A stretch of 64,000 nucleotides of DNA from an uncultured virus (IMG/VR IMGVR_UViG_3300044617_001027) (IMGVR_UViG_3300044617_001027); one strand, 5' to 3'; shown: positions 31,201 to 42,540, counted from the stretch's first letter. Numbers and translations: made by a program. The notes: a model not told the origin generated them from the letters alone.

Positions 31201-33215
31201 AGAGCTTGAAATGCGGGGCTACTATTGAACGTGTTTATTAAAAGCTGTTCGTCAATAGTAACATCAACATTAACTTTAACTCCATAGATGGTTGTAGAAA
31301 AATTAGCAGAAACTCCGTTAGCATTTAAATATTCTATTTCAAAAATATATTCAGTATCTATTTTTGCTATTGGTAAATTATCCAATGGAATATCAATACA
31401 AAATTCATTAGGAGTTCCTCCGTCTGATGCACTTGGAAATATATCAATGTCAGAAACATTCCATTGCCCTGCATTTATAATAAAATTAGGCTTTATATTA
31501 TCTTCAGATGTGGCTTTAAATGTAAAAGTCTTCTTTATTTCAGACTTATTATTACCGCCTATTAAAGATCCTAAGAAAGTACCAAAGGAGTTCTTTTCTG
31601 ATGTGCCAGATGGGGATGATGCATTTACCTTATTTATAGATAATGGAGATTTTTCTACATCCGGTCCTTGAATGTATATGTCAAGTTGTGGAGTTTTTCC
31701 ATTAGCGTCTTTTTCGGAAAATGCAGATATTTGTACAGTATATTCAGTGTTAGGAACTGATTTGGATAAGAAAGAATCTTTTACTGTTATATTTACTACT
31801 TCATTTTCTTGCTTATTGTGCTGTACGTCTAAGGCGTTTATTATATTTCCGCTGTTGGCAGATGTAGTTACTCCCCCAGCACCTAAGTTTTGATAAGATG
31901 AATTTTGCTTTCTAAACTTATTAATATCAAAATAGCTAGATATGTCAGAGCTGTCCTTTATATTTCCTACTTTCTTATTCTCTATACCCCCATTAGCAGA
32001 AAAATCATAAGAAGTAGGATCTGTTAATTTACTTGTTTTGGGTATTTTAAATTCTCCTAAACTAACTGGACTTCCTACCCCTCCGGCGGCTTTTGCCGAA
32101 ACTTTTACTCTATCAACATCTCCGGAAACAGGTTTAGCATTTTTAACACATATTTTAGCGTATCCTGTTTTCTTTTGTCCATCGCTTGTATTTGGACTTT
32201 TAAAATAGTCTATACATATATTTGATGAATCGAATTTTGTAATATAAATTTCAGATGGTTCTCTTTTTTTATTTACATAGGACTCTCTATAGAAAAACTG
32301 TTTATCTACCTTTATTTGAGTACTACTAATTACCTCTACGATGGTTGCTGTGTAAGAAGGAACTGTTGGGGAATAACCAGAAGGTAAATCTCCGGGTAAA
32401 TACTTGGAAATGTTAGGAGTTAAAGAGATAGTTCCTTTCTCCATTTCTTTTTTAAATGGAGCGCCGGTATTAGCTACTATTGTGCTAAGGTTATTTGCGT
32501 CAGTTGTTATAGAAAAGTTACCGGAATTAGCTAAACTTCCCGATGTATTTACGGTAGGTGAGGATTCAATAGGTACTCCTTCAAATAATGTAGGTATATT
32601 AGAGGAATAGTTGGAAGAATATTGAGAAGGGGGTGCGGAGGATACATAAGATAAACTAACTGCATGACAACTTCCTGTAGCTCTGCTTCCGGAAAAGTTT
32701 TGAAAAGCTCTTGTTTCAGGAGTTAAATCTACTTTGGGAGGTATAGTATATTTTATATCTCCTACTGTTTTTTTCTTAATATTACACAACAATTTACCTA
32801 CCCATATAATATTAGGTGACGATAAATTTGTTACTTTTCTATTTCTTAGTACATCGAAATTAGCTGTACCTGCTATATAAATTTCACAATTTCCTATGGG
32901 TACCTTATCTCCTATGGTAACAGTTACAATAGCGGATCCATTAGAATTTGCAACATTTTTTATTTCGTGTGGAATTAAATTGCCCTCCGAATCATAGACT
33001 TCAACAAAAACTTGAGTTCCTTTAACTAAGTTTTGCGTTGGGTTGATTCCTATTTCATTAGACCCTTTTAAAAATTCCGCAGGTAGAGATAAGCCAAAAT
33101 AATTAGAACTTAAAGCATCACCATCAAAAAGAGTAAATTCATTTATATAGCTCTTTATCCCAGAGCTAGTTAATTTTTTATTATATTCAGATGATGATGT
33201 TACTCCAGAAGCCAT
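28236..33215 (-). CDS. Giant collagen-like fibre with an internal Hint domain and a C-terminal S74 autocleaving chaperone
   Basis: Long Gly-X-Y tracts; Hint CFIPSTKI...[22 protein letters not shown]74 [13 protein letters not shown]...VGIIAQDI...VNYDKL...AIQEL. Confidence 0.88.
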   Translation of the reverse strand: MASGVTSSSEYNKKLTSSGIKSYINEFTLFDGDALSSNYFGLSLPAEFLKGSNEIGINPTQNLVKGTQVFVEVYDSEGNLIPHEIKNVANSNGSAIVTVTIGDKVPIGNCEIYIAGTANFDVLRNRKVTNLSSPNIIWVGKLLCNIKKKTVGDIKYTIPPKVDLTPETRAFQNFSGSRATGSCHAVSLSYVSSAPPSQYSSNYSSNIPTLFEGVPIESSPTVNTSGSLANSGNFSITTDANNLSTIVANTGAPFKKEMEKGTISLTPNISKYLPGDLPSGYSPTVPSYTATIVEVISSTQIKVDKQFFYRESYVNKKREPSEIYITKFDSSNICIDYFKSPNTSDGQKKTGYAKICVKNAKPVSGDVDRVKVSAKAAGGVGSPVSLGEFKIPKTSKLTDPTSYDFSANGGIENKKVGNIKDSSDISSYFDINKFRKQNSSYQNLGAGGVTTSANSGNIINALDVQHNKQENEVVNITVKDSFLSKSVPNTEYTVQISAFSEKDANGKTPQLDIYIQGPDVEKSPLSINKVNASSPSGTSEKNSFGTFLGSLIGGNNKSEIKKTFTFKATSEDNIKPNFIINAGQWNVSDIDIFPSASDGGTPNEFCIDIPLDNLPIAKIDTEYIFEIEYLNANGVSANFSTTIYGVKVNVDVTIDEQLLINTFNSSPAFQALIASSSGKGNKGEKGNFKGSKGQKGEEGLKGISGSKGELGDTVFTGSLNSCNVITINHGTGIQYPVFTIYSYDGNSVIPENYTAIDENTIEITFGECFKGFVSIAGGGEKGPKGEKGNFKGSQGNQGPIGLQGTIGSQGNQGPTGIQGIIGTQGNQGPTGLQGTIGLQGNQGPTGIQGTVGTQGFQGNQGPQGNQGPTGLQGTTGAQGNQGSQGNQGPTGIQGTIGTQGNQGLQGNQGLTGNPSSVEGPQGNQGPQGNQGIQGIQGTVGTQGFQGIVGTQGFQGNQGPQGNQGNQGLQGFTGFQGNQGPQGNQGITGLQGTIGQKGSVGDKGEIGDKGDKGFSGSVGPTCFIPSTKILTLNNVYITIEEALVGQSIMSYNIDNKTLQEDTIIYKHVGKSNYLYVINNNIQCTEEHPFYVKGWYDKYWKKAKDLSVNDELFNYKTLSYEKISNIYSYATSSTVYNLSVEKNENFFVEDVLVHNMSSPENIGIFAPSPSPIPSSKIGPPGPTGSKGDKGVKGDKGIKGDFKGSKGEIGYKGYKGDKGSEGDKGTKGSIGFKGQPGLTGDKGQKGDIGPQGNQGPTGLQGTVGTQGFQGRQGPQGNQGPTGFQGTAGTQGNQGPTGLSGVGLQGPTGEPGGPGPQGNQGPTGLQGTVGTQGFQGRQGPSIISPPGAPGPQGFQGSQGNQGPTGNPSSVAGPQGNQGFQGFTGLAGIGPQGFTGEPGPQGFTGPSGGPGPQGFTGPSGGPGPQGFTGPSGGPGPQGFTGPTGTGTPGGPGPTGPQGFTGPTGSGTPGPTGPPGGPGPPGPSGGPGPQGSIGPTGAGEQGLPGDPGPPGPPGPTGPTGFKGEKGQKGSSSGGPFPAFSDRRLKKDIEEIDSVLEQLYTIKPVNYNWNTDEMKGVILEVNKTSSSHRIPSNLEGKEVGIIAQDITDGLKTGLLKEFKIEGQKGVLAVNYDKLSVYNLKAIQELYDLIKDLTKRVTKLEKGENYE
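29757..30155 (-). other. Hint (intein-like) domain, 133 aa, without a homing endonuclease
   Basis: Starts at Cys (CFIPST), has block B CTEEHPFY and ends His-Asn. The +1 residue is Met. Confidence 0.85.
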
Positions 33216-33218
33216 TTA

Positions 33219-36200
33219 TTATGATATTAATTGGGAATGTCCGTTATCCTTTACAATAAATAGTTCCTTTGCTACATAATCTTTAACTACATCTAAATGT
33301 GATATGCATAATATAAATCTAAAATATGAAGTAAGCTCTTCCAAGAATAATCCTACGTTAGCAATATTATCAGAATCTAATACACCAAATCCCTCATCTA
33401 TGAAAAAGAAGTCAGGTTTTGGGAGTACAGTAACATGATTTAATGCTGCTCTTATGGCTAAGGATGATATAAATCTTTCCATGCCAGATGCTAAAGATAG
33501 AGGCCATTTAGGTCCATTTACATAAGATATAAATACTTCCAATGTTTTATCAGATAACTCAAATTGAATATTGAATGCTGCTACATTTTTTAGAGCATCA
33601 TTGACAACATTTTCTAATACAGGTAAATAATTTTTAATAATGAAAAGAGGAATTCCATCTCTTCTAGTAGCCTTCTCAAAAACAAAATAATTATTATAAG
33701 TTAAAGTGTCATCCTTAAACTTTTTAATTTTTATTTTGATGTCTTTGATTTTTGATTCATTGCTAGTTATTGTAGATTTATGCCCTCCGATAGTATAAGC
33801 TAATTGATATACAGCATCATCTATTAATTTTTTCTCATCTAATAATTTGGCTATTTCTCTATCTATCTCAGCGTTTTTCTGCTCTATGTCCTTGTAGGAT
33901 TCTTGCTCTTTTAGCTTTTCGGAGTAATCTAAAATCAAGTTTTTTGAGATTTGTATTTTCTCCTTAATAATATTTGCTTGGCTTTCTATATTGTCTAAAT
34001 TAGATTTAAGCCTATCTGTTTCATTTTTCTTATCGTTGTACTTTTTATATAGAGAGTCTGCTGTTTCTAAATTCTTTACAATTTCTCCTAATTCGTTTTT
34101 ACTTTGTTTGAGTTTATCTAGTTTGTTTAGTAACTCCGGATATTCTTTTTTAGCTTTTTCTCCATCTAATGCGTACTTGTTGTTTTTTACGCAATACACA
34201 CAGTTAGGATCATGCTCGTAACCTTGTAGATGGTCTATTAACTTACCACTAGATTTTATTTCAGATTCAGCTACTGCAATGTCCCTGTCAAAATCAGATA
34301 ATGTTTTTCTTATCGTAACTAAATCAGAAGATACGTCAGCTACTTCTCCCATAGATTCTAATTCGGATAAATGCGTTTTAAGGGCATTTCTAGCCTCTAC
34401 AAACGACTTTCTCTTATCTTCTAAGGATGAACTAAGGGTTGCCTCATTTCTGCTCTCCTCGTCTATTTTTGTGGCGTAGTTTACAGATTGCTTAGGGTAT
34501 GGAGTAAGTTCCTTTCTTTTGTTTTCTATTTGTATGGACAGGACATCAGAACTCTTTTTATTTAACTCTAAGCTAGTTTCAACTTGTGTTAGCTTAGACT
34601 TTATATCTATTATGTTATTTTCATACTCCGTTACAGATTCGTTGTATTTTTGTTTTTGGTGATTCTCAATTTCATATTTTAATTGTTTGAGATGCTCTTT
34701 AGATGTATCATTTAATTTCTCAAAGATGTCTATATCAAAATACTTGTACAATAAATCCTTTTTGTCTTTTTGAGTCTTGTCAATAAAGTCAGATTTATTA
34801 TGTTGATCATACATTGTTATAAGCATGAAATTCTCATAACTTCCTAGATACTTTCTAATGCTGTCATTTGTTTCATATCTTTGCTCGCCGTTTAAAGAAG
34901 TTCCATCCTCTTTATAGAAATTAACGATAACTTTTACTTTCCCATCTTTTCCTTTCTTGCCATTACGCTCTATAAAATAAGACTCTCCTGCAACGGATAA
35001 TTCTAATTTACAGGAAAAGAAATCAGAAGATGTATTCATTACTTCGGCTCCACTACTTGTTTTACTACATTTGTCAAAAATACAGTAAGTCATAGCGTCT
35101 AATAAAGTAGATTTTCCAGAAGCATTTGGTGAGAATAATCCAACTAGTCCTCCTAACTCTCCTAAATTAAATACATTGCCCTCTCCGTAGGAAAACATAT
35201 TAGAAAATTCAAATCGTATAGGCTTCCATGTTACACCTATAAACTCGGAAGGCTCATCTAATTCTAAGGAAGCTGTTTTATGTATATCTAAGAATTTATC
35301 CGCTTGGTATTCCTGTTTTAACTCGTTTTGAACATATCTCTCTAGCATTGAGTGTCTCCATTCGAAGTCTCTTATTATGTTCTCTTTGTCTAGTGATACT
35401 TCTCCTTTACCATTGTCTATAATAAATTTAGTTACTTTTGGTTTTTTTATACGGAGAACATTATATTTTTTTTCTAAGGCTAAACAAAAGGAGTCTATAA
35501 ATTCTTGAGTGCAATTTTCGGCGGTGATAGCTACATTAAGATTATATGGTAAATCTCCAGGTATTTTTTCAGCTACTTTATCATTTTTCAATTTAAATGT
35601 ATAATATCCATTTGAAGATGCTATCTTAATGAACTCACTTGTATTCTTATTTAAATCCCATTCTATAATTCCATGTGTTAAATCTTCTCCAAAGTTCTGT
35701 TGTATTAAACTAGATGGATAAGCTGCTGTCTTTTCTAAATTGAGATATTGATGTTTATGAATGTCTCCCAATAATATGTAATCATAATCTGCATGTTCTA
35801 ATACATCTAAATAATTTCCTTCTAATAGATATCCGTATGCTGTTGCCGAGTTCTTTACCGGTCCATGATACATTAATATCTTGGTTTCTGCATCAAAAGA
35901 TTTTGCGGGGATTACATTTTCAATTTTATCTTTGACATGTAATAAACTAAATCCTATTTGTTCATATTGATATACATTTGTTTCATTCAAGAAATGTAAT
36001 GTAGGTAAATTTAAAGTATTTATGATAGGAGTTAATGCATCTAATCTTGTTTTATTATTTAGATTTAAGTCATGATTTCCTAATATTACTATGGTAGGAA
36101 GCATGTTACATAATGTAGATAATAGATTAGATACTACTGAGAATAATTCTGGAGACATGTTTGTTTTTGAATGTACTATATCCCCGCCCAAAAATATAAT

Positions 36201-36350
36201 AGAATTAGGCGTCATTCTCTCCTCAATGATTTTATACAATTTTTCAAACACTTCTATGTATTCCTCATGCCTTTGATAATTGTAAACATGAATATCTGAA
36301 ATGTGGAAAATCTTATCGACTTTTCTTCCTGTGTCCTTTATTAGAATCAT
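33219..36350 (-). CDS. Fused Mre11/SbcD phosphoesterase and Rad50/SbcC ATPase (gp47-gp46-like)
   Basis: Phosphoesterase motifs HISDIH, GGDIVH, GNHD and LGDIH. ATPase motifs NASGKST (Walker A), CVYC zinc hook in a coiled coil, ASGME signature, FFIDEGFGVLD and ISH. Confidence 0.92.
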   Translation of the reverse strand: MILIKDTGRKVDKIFHISDIHVYNYQRHEEYIEVFEKLYKIIEERMTPNSIIFLGGDIVHSKTNMSPELFSVVSNLLSTLCNMLPTIVILGNHDLNLNNKTRLDALTPIINTLNLPTLHFLNETNVYQYEQIGFSLLHVKDKIENVIPAKSFDAETKILMYHGPVKNSATAYGYLLEGNYLDVLEHADYDYILLGDIHKHQYLNLEKTAAYPSSLIQQNFGEDLTHGIIEWDLNKNTSEFIKIASSNGYYTFKLKNDKVAEKIPGDLPYNLNVAITAENCTQEFIDSFCLALEKKYNVLRIKKPKVTKFIIDNGKGEVSLDKENIIRDFEWRHSMLERYVQNELKQEYQADKFLDIHKTASLELDEPSEFIGVTWKPIRFEFSNMFSYGEGNVFNLGELGGLVGLFSPNASGKSTLLDAMTYCIFDKCSKTSSGAEVMNTSSDFFSCKLELSVAGESYFIERNGKKGKDGKVKVIVNFYKEDGTSLNGEQRYETNDSIRKYLGSYENFMLITMYDQHNKSDFIDKTQKDKKDLLYKYFDIDIFEKLNDTSKEHLKQLKYEIENHQKQKYNESVTEYENNIIDIKSKLTQVETSLELNKKSSDVLSIQIENKRKELTPYPKQSVNYATKIDEESRNEATLSSSLEDKRKSFVEARNALKTHLSELESMGEVADVSSDLVTIRKTLSDFDRDIAVAESEIKSSGKLIDHLQGYEHDPNCVYCVKNNKYALDGEKAKKEYPELLNKLDKLKQSKNELGEIVKNLETADSLYKKYNDKKNETDRLKSNLDNIESQANIIKEKIQISKNLILDYSEKLKEQESYKDIEQKNAEIDREIAKLLDEKKLIDDAVYQLAYTIGGHKSTITSNESKIKDIKIKIKKFKDDTLTYNNYFVFEKATRRDGIPLFIIKNYLPVLENVVNDALKNVAAFNIQFELSDKTLEVFISYVNGPKWPLSLASGMERFISSLAIRAALNHVTVLPKPDFFFIDEGFGVLDSDNIANVGLFLEELTSYFRFILCISHLDVVKDYVAKELFIVKDNGHSQLIS

Positions 36351-37255
36351 AGTAAATTTGTTATTGCTGAATACTCGTTAATTTCAACTGCTCCTTCTAT
36401 AGCATGCCATGTATCATCATATCCTAAATCACTAGGATCTTTTGTTCCCAAGTCAACTAGTTTGGTAGGAATACCGATAGCTCCTAATTCCAAACAATAC
36501 TTTATCGCTTGTTTCTTTTTATCCGGGTCAATGGCAACATATACTAACGGAGTTTCTTCCATGAGTAGTCTGTGTTTTAACTTCTCTGATATTATACTCC
36601 CCGTTAAATAAGTCACATTTCTTTTTACCGATACGCTGTCGAAAAAACCCTCTACGATAACTATGGGGAATTTAAAATCTAGGAAAAATTCATTGACTAT
36701 AATATCATTTATCTTAACAGGAGCACCTAAATATTTATAAGGCGAAAGACCTGTAAAATCCCTGCCTTCAAAAAAATTAAGTGTGCCATTTTTATCATAA
36801 GAGGGTAAAATAATTCTTCCTGCGTACTTACCTGTTAAGCAATACCCAACCTTATGTCTTACTATGTCCTGAGTTGTGAATGAAGGCTTAAACCTCCTTA
36901 AGAAGTTCAATACGGATTTGTGAGGAACCTTATCTAATGATACATATTCATCGGGCAACTTCAATAAAGTGTTGGGAATGTCTACTTGAGTATCATCTTT
37001 CATTTGATAATACTCTAAAACATTCCTAAGTTGATCAATTTGATTCTTTGTTGCACCATATTTGTAGAAAAGATTACTTATACTTCTCCCCTTAGTTTCG
37101 CAAATCCAACAATGGTACTTTTGATTAGTTAAATTTACACTTAACTTCTTTTTGTGGTGATTACAGAAGGGGCAGTGAAATACAATGTCTGATTTACCCG
37201 CTGATTCCGAAGAACCTAGCACTTCCTCTAAAACCGATAATAATCTAAAACGCAT
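36347..37255 (-). CDS. DNA primase (Zn finger + TOPRIM)
   Basis: Motifs CPFCNHHK...HCWIC, GRIILP, IVEGFFD, IDPD and KDPSD. Confidence 0.85.
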   Translation of the reverse strand: MRFRLLSVLEEVLGSSESAGKSDIVFHCPFCNHHKKKLSVNLTNQKYHCWICETKGRSISNLFYKYGATKNQIDQLRNVLEYYQMKDDTQVDIPNTLLKLPDEYVSLDKVPHKSVLNFLRRFKPSFTTQDIVRHKVGYCLTGKYAGRIILPSYDKNGTLNFFEGRDFTGLSPYKYLGAPVKINDIIVNEFFLDFKFPIVIVEGFFDSVSVKRNVTYLTGSIISEKLKHRLLMEETPLVYVAIDPDKKKQAIKYCLELGAIGIPTKLVDLGTKDPSDLGYDDTWHAIEGAVEINEYSAITNLL

Positions 37256-37261
37256 ATATAG

Positions 37262-37687
37262 TTATTTTTTTTCTTCAAACCATTGCTTAGGTATCGAATA
37301 AGCCGCCCATTTTATATTGTGTTTATTGCACCACTCGGCGTAAGTGGTTTTAGCTCCTTTTGAAATTCTTACATGAGGATCCTGGAATACAATCCTAATA
37401 TCTAAATGAGGGTTACATGAAATAATGTCCATCATCTTTTTTCGTTCTTCTAAAGTCCATCTTCCTTTAGCTTCTATGATAATATTATTAGGTAACTCAA
37501 AATCTGCTAAATAAGTTCTAGGAGTTTCCGGTTTTATATACTTAATAACTTTTTTCTCATACAAATCTTTAGGGTCTACTCCCAAAGATCCCGATATTTG
37601 TAAAGCAATTGACTTCTCGAAATTGGATCTATAACCTTCTTTCTGTGCTAGTCTAGTCTTAAATGAATTGTTAAAAAATCCTGCCAT
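37262..37687 (-). CDS. T7 gp3-like endonuclease I (Holliday junction resolvase); likely start MAGFF
   Basis: Motifs YRSNFE, YLADFELPNNIIIEAKGRW, LDIRIVF and KTTYAEWC. Confidence 0.88.
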   Translation of the reverse strand: MAGFFNNSFKTRLAQKEGYRSNFEKSIALQISGSLGVDPKDLYEKKVIKYIKPETPRTYLADFELPNNIIIEAKGRWTLEERKKMMDIISCNPHLDIRIVFQDPHVRISKGAKTTYAEWCNKHNIKWAAYSIPKQWFEEKK

Positions 37688-37688
37688 G

Positions 37689-39344
37689 TTAATAATCAAA
37701 TTTTACAATAACATTTAAATCTACATCATCTCTTTTCTTTATAGCTTGTCCCATTTTACCTACTGCAATTAGTTCGTTAGATTTGTTATACAAGCCGATG
37801 GTAGTTATATAAGGAGATAAAGAACCTGTGAAATCATCTAAATACTCTGCACTCTTAACAGTTTTAGTAGAGGAAGGGTTCAATGTGAGATTAAAATCAC
37901 CCCTCTTAATTCTACATAACATCTCAAACTCATACAAAGTTAAGCTATTTTTATAATATAACAACCAATTATTAGATAAAATTTCATGATATTTTTTATC
38001 TACGCTTGTAATTACTAAGTTACCTGTTCTATAAAATACATTTCCTACTCTACTTGTCTGGTAACATGAGATAGAAGATGTATTATAAAGACTTGTTACA
38101 TTTTGAGATGTTGCCGCTTTATTATAAAATCTTAATTCATCAATAAGTCCTGTATATCCATTTCTTCCATCAAAAGAAGATGCTCCTATCATGATATCAC
38201 TTACATTGACAGTTTCATCTTTGACATCCGCTCTCGATGAATTTAATGCTCCATCAACATATAATCTAACATTTGAACCTGTCTTAACTAAACATACATG
38301 ATGAAAATTATTATCTAAAATGGAATTAGAAGATGTTAATTGTAATGTTGAAAACCCATCTGACCTACTAAAAGATAGTTTTCCTGGTTGTGGATGGGTG
38401 TGATTATGTACCGAAAACTCATAAGGGTAGTAATCCACTGGGTAGTATTTAAAGGAAGAAGATGAAAAAACATCGGTTACTACTAGATTCCCTTTATTTA
38501 CTCTTTTTAATCTTCCGAATTCTTCTCTGTATAATATGGATTTTTTGTCAAGTATTGTATTTTTATTACTAGTCAATACGCTTTGAGATACCGGTGCCTT
38601 TAACCAAAAACTTATGGTGAAATTGTCTGCTGATTCAAAACTGACGGTATCAAAGTTTTTAGTGTGAATATAACCATCCCCATAAAATTCCGCAGCTAAT
38701 CCTGTTCTAGTTCCGTTAATAGGAATACCACTTGAATAGGCTACTTGGTATGACTTTGATTTTTCTTGTGGTTCAATTACTTCGCTTTCGTATCTTATAA
38801 ACAAAGTCTTTTTTCCTCCTCTGCCGTATCTATAAGCTTTATGCGCATCCTGGAATCCCCAATATCCACATAAATTATCTGTATTTAGGAAAGAACTTGT
38901 ATTTATATTCTTGTCATATAAGTTATTGTGTCCATCGTCTACTAAAAGTACATTGTTGTTTAGTCCTTTTAAATATAATGTGGTTTCTTTAATCTTGTCT
39001 CCGTAATTTAAAGAAGGAATAGAAAGTAAACTAGCTGTTAAAAATAAATTCTTAGTAGTTCTATTTCTGTCCCATCCCTCTAAAGAATTAGCCCATGCAA
39101 AACCTCTCTTATAATACAAGTGGTTTAGTGAATTATAAACAATATACTTATAAGACCCATCTGTATTTTTAGGATAAGTGATATCTTTTGATGAACTGAT
39201 ATGAATAGGGCCTTTATAGTAAAGACCTTGCTGTACTTGATAACCTTGTTTTGAATAACTTCCGGTGAGGATATAATACTCCTTGTTTACTTCAAACGGG
39301 GTAATATTAAAATCCTCACCTCTTATTGGCGCGAATGTACTCAT
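37689..39344 (-). CDS. Baseplate/tail protein with a LamG (concanavalin-like) domain
   Basis: Motifs FTISFWLK, FHHVCLV...LYVDG and GLIDELRFYNKA; C-terminal YITTIGLYN...LIAVGK. Confidence 0.75.
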   Translation of the reverse strand: MSTFAPIRGEDFNITPFEVNKEYYILTGSYSKQGYQVQQGLYYKGPIHISSSKDITYPKNTDGSYKYIVYNSLNHLYYKRGFAWANSLEGWDRNRTTKNLFLTASLLSIPSLNYGDKIKETTLYLKGLNNNVLLVDDGHNNLYDKNINTSSFLNTDNLCGYWGFQDAHKAYRYGRGGKKTLFIRYESEVIEPQEKSKSYQVAYSSGIPINGTRTGLAAEFYGDGYIHTKNFDTVSFESADNFTISFWLKAPVSQSVLTSNKNTILDKKSILYREEFGRLKRVNKGNLVVTDVFSSSSFKYYPVDYYPYEFSVHNHTHPQPGKLSFSRSDGFSTLQLTSSNSILDNNFHHVCLVKTGSNVRLYVDGALNSSRADVKDETVNVSDIMIGASSFDGRNGYTGLIDELRFYNKAATSQNVTSLYNTSSISCYQTSRVGNVFYRTGNLVITSVDKKYHEILSNNWLLYYKNSLTLYEFEMLCRIKRGDFNLTLNPSSTKTVKSAEYLDDFTGSLSPYITTIGLYNKSNELIAVGKMGQAIKKRDDVDLNVIVKFDY

Positions 39345-39345
39345 A

Positions 39346-42300
39346 TTAATACTTAAGTTTTACAGTAAATATAGATTCTTCTGTAAAGTTTTTTAGTATG
39401 GGTTTAGCTAGTTTTCCCACTGCAACAAGTTCTCTTTGAGCATTATAAAGACCTACTGTAGTGATATAAACTTGAGGATTATTTACAAAATTCTCATAAA
39501 TTTCTCCATTGGTTTCTGTAAGTCTTTTGGTAAGTTCCATACCTTCTAGTGAATTAGGGTCTAATGGCATAGATAAGTCTCCCGGTCTTCTAGAATCCTC
39601 TTTCTTATTGTAAATAAAGTAACTGTTATTATTTGTAAAATTAAATTCTCTGTTATTAATTCGGATAAAATAGTAATCGTTGTATTCTCTGATTACTCTT
39701 CTAGCTTTCATTCCTAAATAATCCCCGCTAATATCCTGTACTAATGCAGATCCCGAAAATGATTTATATAACTTAATTGCATTATATCCTTCAATTTCCG
39801 ATGCGTTAGATGTTGCAAAAGATGCCGACAAGTCTAATTTATTTCCATCTAAAATGACTACACCTAAAGAAGGAATTAATTTACCGTAATAATGAGGTTT
39901 AGATTCATTATAAACTCCTGTTTCTAAAGTTCCTGAAACTATATTATAAGAATATCCTACATCTGTATAGTCTGGATTTATATTTATTTTAGAATCGTCT
40001 ATCAATCTAAGAACTCTATTAGTACCTGCTAATTTTACATTAGAGCCGGTGTGTGTAGCTCTAGTTCCTCCACCTGCCAAGAATCTAGATCCGGATAGAT
40101 GTGCAATATTTAGTTCTAAAACACCTGCATCTAACCTATCTTTCAATCTCTTCGACTGATAATTTATAACATATATACTATCAGTTTCTTTTCCTGTAAG
40201 ATTGAATTTAATATCAGGTCTACCTAAAACTAAATTTCTATACTGGCTATAAATAGCTCTAGTAGGAGTTATATTAATTTTATTTCCTTCGTCTAAAGAT
40301 CCGGAACCTCCACTATGACCATAGGCTATGCTAAATTGAATAGAAGATGTTAATGATGTTTTAGGATTTTCATCATATACATGTGTATAATATCTACTAT
40401 AATTCTCAGAAGTACTACCTGTAAAGAAAGTAACTAAATTTCTTTCGTCATTTGAAAAAAGACCTTCTGTAATATCAAATATATATTTTCTATTGTCTAT
40501 AGGATTAATTCTTTTTAACCAAAAAGTTTCCGGAACCCTTAGCGTGGTAGTAGTAGTAGTAGTCGTTGGAGAAGGTGGCGTAGGACTAGGGCCGCTAGGC
40601 CCTGGTCCAGGAGAAGGGGAGGGCCCTTCAGGTTCAGGAGAAGGGGAGGGCCCTTCAGGTTCAGGAGAAGGAGGTGATCCACCTCCAGTTGTTCCAGTTG
40701 TTCTAGTGTATCTGAATAGATAATAATTACCGAACTGTCTTGTTCCCGGAGGAGCATTATCTTCGGGTCTTTGTAAAGAAAAAGTGAACGGAGAAGGAGT
40801 AATCCATCCGGGAATAGTGCTAAAAGTTAATGTATTAATAGTTGACGAATTTACGAAATAGCTTTTATTGTCTATTTCGTATGTGTAAGAAGAAGCTGAA
40901 GGACCAAGTTTTAGTAAATTAGAATCAATAAAAGAAGGCAAAGGTTTGCTTCCATTTACATTTACCGCAGGTCTAAGTTGTGTAGTTGCATCAACTATTA
41001 ATCCATTTTCTACAAATTGTATTTGAACTTTTAAAGTACCTGTCTTTATTTCACCTGTTTTATCTCCTTCTCCTTCCGGTCCTAGACAAGTTGGATCAGA
41101 TGGATATGAACCAATATTGTATCTTGGGTTTTTTCCTCCTTTATCTGTAACGTTCTCTTTTATAACGGAGTCTATAGAAGCTTGAAATATATCGTATGGT
41201 TTGCTGTTATCAAAAGCAACATTTGCGATAAGTCTATTAACTTTGTTATTTGCGTCACAGAAAGATATATATACTTCCCTAATCTTAGGTCCTCCGCATG
41301 TAGGGTCAGGAGGATTTTGGTCTATACCGATTGATACTTTTGGGTCATTTATAGATAATCTAACGCTTGTTAAAATACCATTTTGACCAAGTAATTGTTG
41401 TTTATACTGATTTAATTTAGTATTAAAATCATTTTCATTTGTATAAGCAATTATATTTGTTACTGTTTTTACAACTCCATTGTCGCAGTATTTAAGAATT
41501 ACTTCTTTTGCTTTTGATAAGTTATCTGTTGGTGATGTGGATCCGCAAGAGGCGTCTCTATTAAAAGGAGTAAAATCAGTTTCAGGACTTGTGAAACCTA
41601 AACCTCTAAGAGTATTTTCATAATCTAGTTTTTTTCTATTTTTTTCATCTACATTATTAGATATAATTGTAGTCTGACTCTTTTGTGGAGAACCTTTATC
41701 GCAATAAATGGCATATAAAGTGTCAGAATTTCCGGTTTGACAATTAGGAAATGATAATGGAGGGGTAAAATCTACATATACTCCCTTGTATTGAGTTTCT
41801 AGTTCTCTTTGTATTGAAACTCTTTGCCTACTCTTATCATCGTTTATTTTAGTAGGGTCTGATGATACTGATATTGTTCTTAATTCAGTTTTTACTTGAT
41901 CCCCATTGCAATATACAATATACAAAGATACATTTTGTGAAGATGGAGGCGGAGTGGGTGTGGTAGAGCATGGTACTGTATTTACGGGGATAACTGAAGG
42001 ACTACTCCTAATAGATAAGGGGTCAACACCCGAGGTATTAATTAATTTTTCATAAATACTAAGAGCGGCTTGATTCCTGTCTGTACTTAACGGGAATGTT
42101 TGTTCGGAGGTGGTTGCAACTCCTCTTAAGCAATAACCATAATATAAAGTAAAGGTGCTAGATGGAGGAGGGCCGGGTAAAGTAACTGTAGTAGAAATAC
42201 AGGGAAATGGAGCGGCTGGTTCATCTATTCCTACCGTATAAGTGTAGTCTGTGTTTAATGGTTTTTGAGAGTCAAAAGTATTTAAAAAACTATTTACTTT

Positions 42301-42540
42301 ATTATCTATGTCAAAAGAAGTTCCTGATATAACAAAAGAATTATTTATCAGATTTCCATTTGAACATGCTCTTATATTTATTGTTTTAGTTACACTATTA
42401 GTTATAGGGTTATTGGGATTAGAGAACCATGTATTATAAGAGATTAAATAATCCACCCTATTAAAACCTATACTATTTAAATAGCTTTGTTTATCTTCTT
42501 CTGATAAATAATAATATACTTCAAAGTCCATAAAATCCAT
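39346..42540 (-). CDS. Baseplate/tail protein with Cys-containing repeats, a Pro/Thr linker and a C-terminal domain paralogous to 42575..43672
   Basis: Shares QFSIAYG...GSGS.DEG, TPTRAIY.QY and VYITTVG.Y with the adjacent ORF. Confidence 0.7.
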   Translation of the reverse strand: MDFMDFEVYYYLSEEDKQSYLNSIGFNRVDYLISYNTWFSNPNNPITNSVTKTINIRACSNGNLINNSFVISGTSFDIDNKVNSFLNTFDSQKPLNTDYTYTVGIDEPAAPFPCISTTVTLPGPPPSSTFTLYYGYCLRGVATTSEQTFPLSTDRNQAALSIYEKLINTSGVDPLSIRSSPSVIPVNTVPCSTTPTPPPSSQNVSLYIVYCNGDQVKTELRTISVSSDPTKINDDKSRQRVSIQRELETQYKGVYVDFTPPLSFPNCQTGNSDTLYAIYCDKGSPQKSQTTIISNNVDEKNRKKLDYENTLRGLGFTSPETDFTPFNRDASCGSTSPTDNLSKAKEVILKYCDNGVVKTVTNIIAYTNENDFNTKLNQYKQQLLGQNGILTSVRLSINDPKVSIGIDQNPPDPTCGGPKIREVYISFCDANNKVNRLIANVAFDNSKPYDIFQASIDSVIKENVTDKGGKNPRYNIGSYPSDPTCLGPEGEGDKTGEIKTGTLKVQIQFVENGLIVDATTQLRPAVNVNGSKPLPSFIDSNLLKLGPSASSYTYEIDNKSYFVNSSTINTLTFSTIPGWITPSPFTFSLQRPEDNAPPGTRQFGNYYLFRYTRTTGTTGGGSPPSPEPEGPSPSPEPEGPSPSPGPGPSGPSPTPPSPTTTTTTTTLRVPETFWLKRINPIDNRKYIFDITEGLFSNDERNLVTFFTGSTSENYSRYYTHVYDENPKTSLTSSIQFSIAYGHSGGSGSLDEGNKINITPTRAIYSQYRNLVLGRPDIKFNLTGKETDSIYVINYQSKRLKDRLDAGVLELNIAHLSGSRFLAGGGTRATHTGSNVKLAGTNRVLRLIDDSKININPDYTDVGYSYNIVSGTLETGVYNESKPHYYGKLIPSLGVVILDGNKLDLSASFATSNASEIEGYNAIKLYKSFSGSALVQDISGDYLGMKARRVIREYNDYYFIRINNREFNFTNNNSYFIYNKKEDSRRPGDLSMPLDPNSLEGMELTKRLTETNGEIYENFVNNPQVYITTVGLYNAQRELVAVGKLAKPILKNFTEESIFTVKLKY

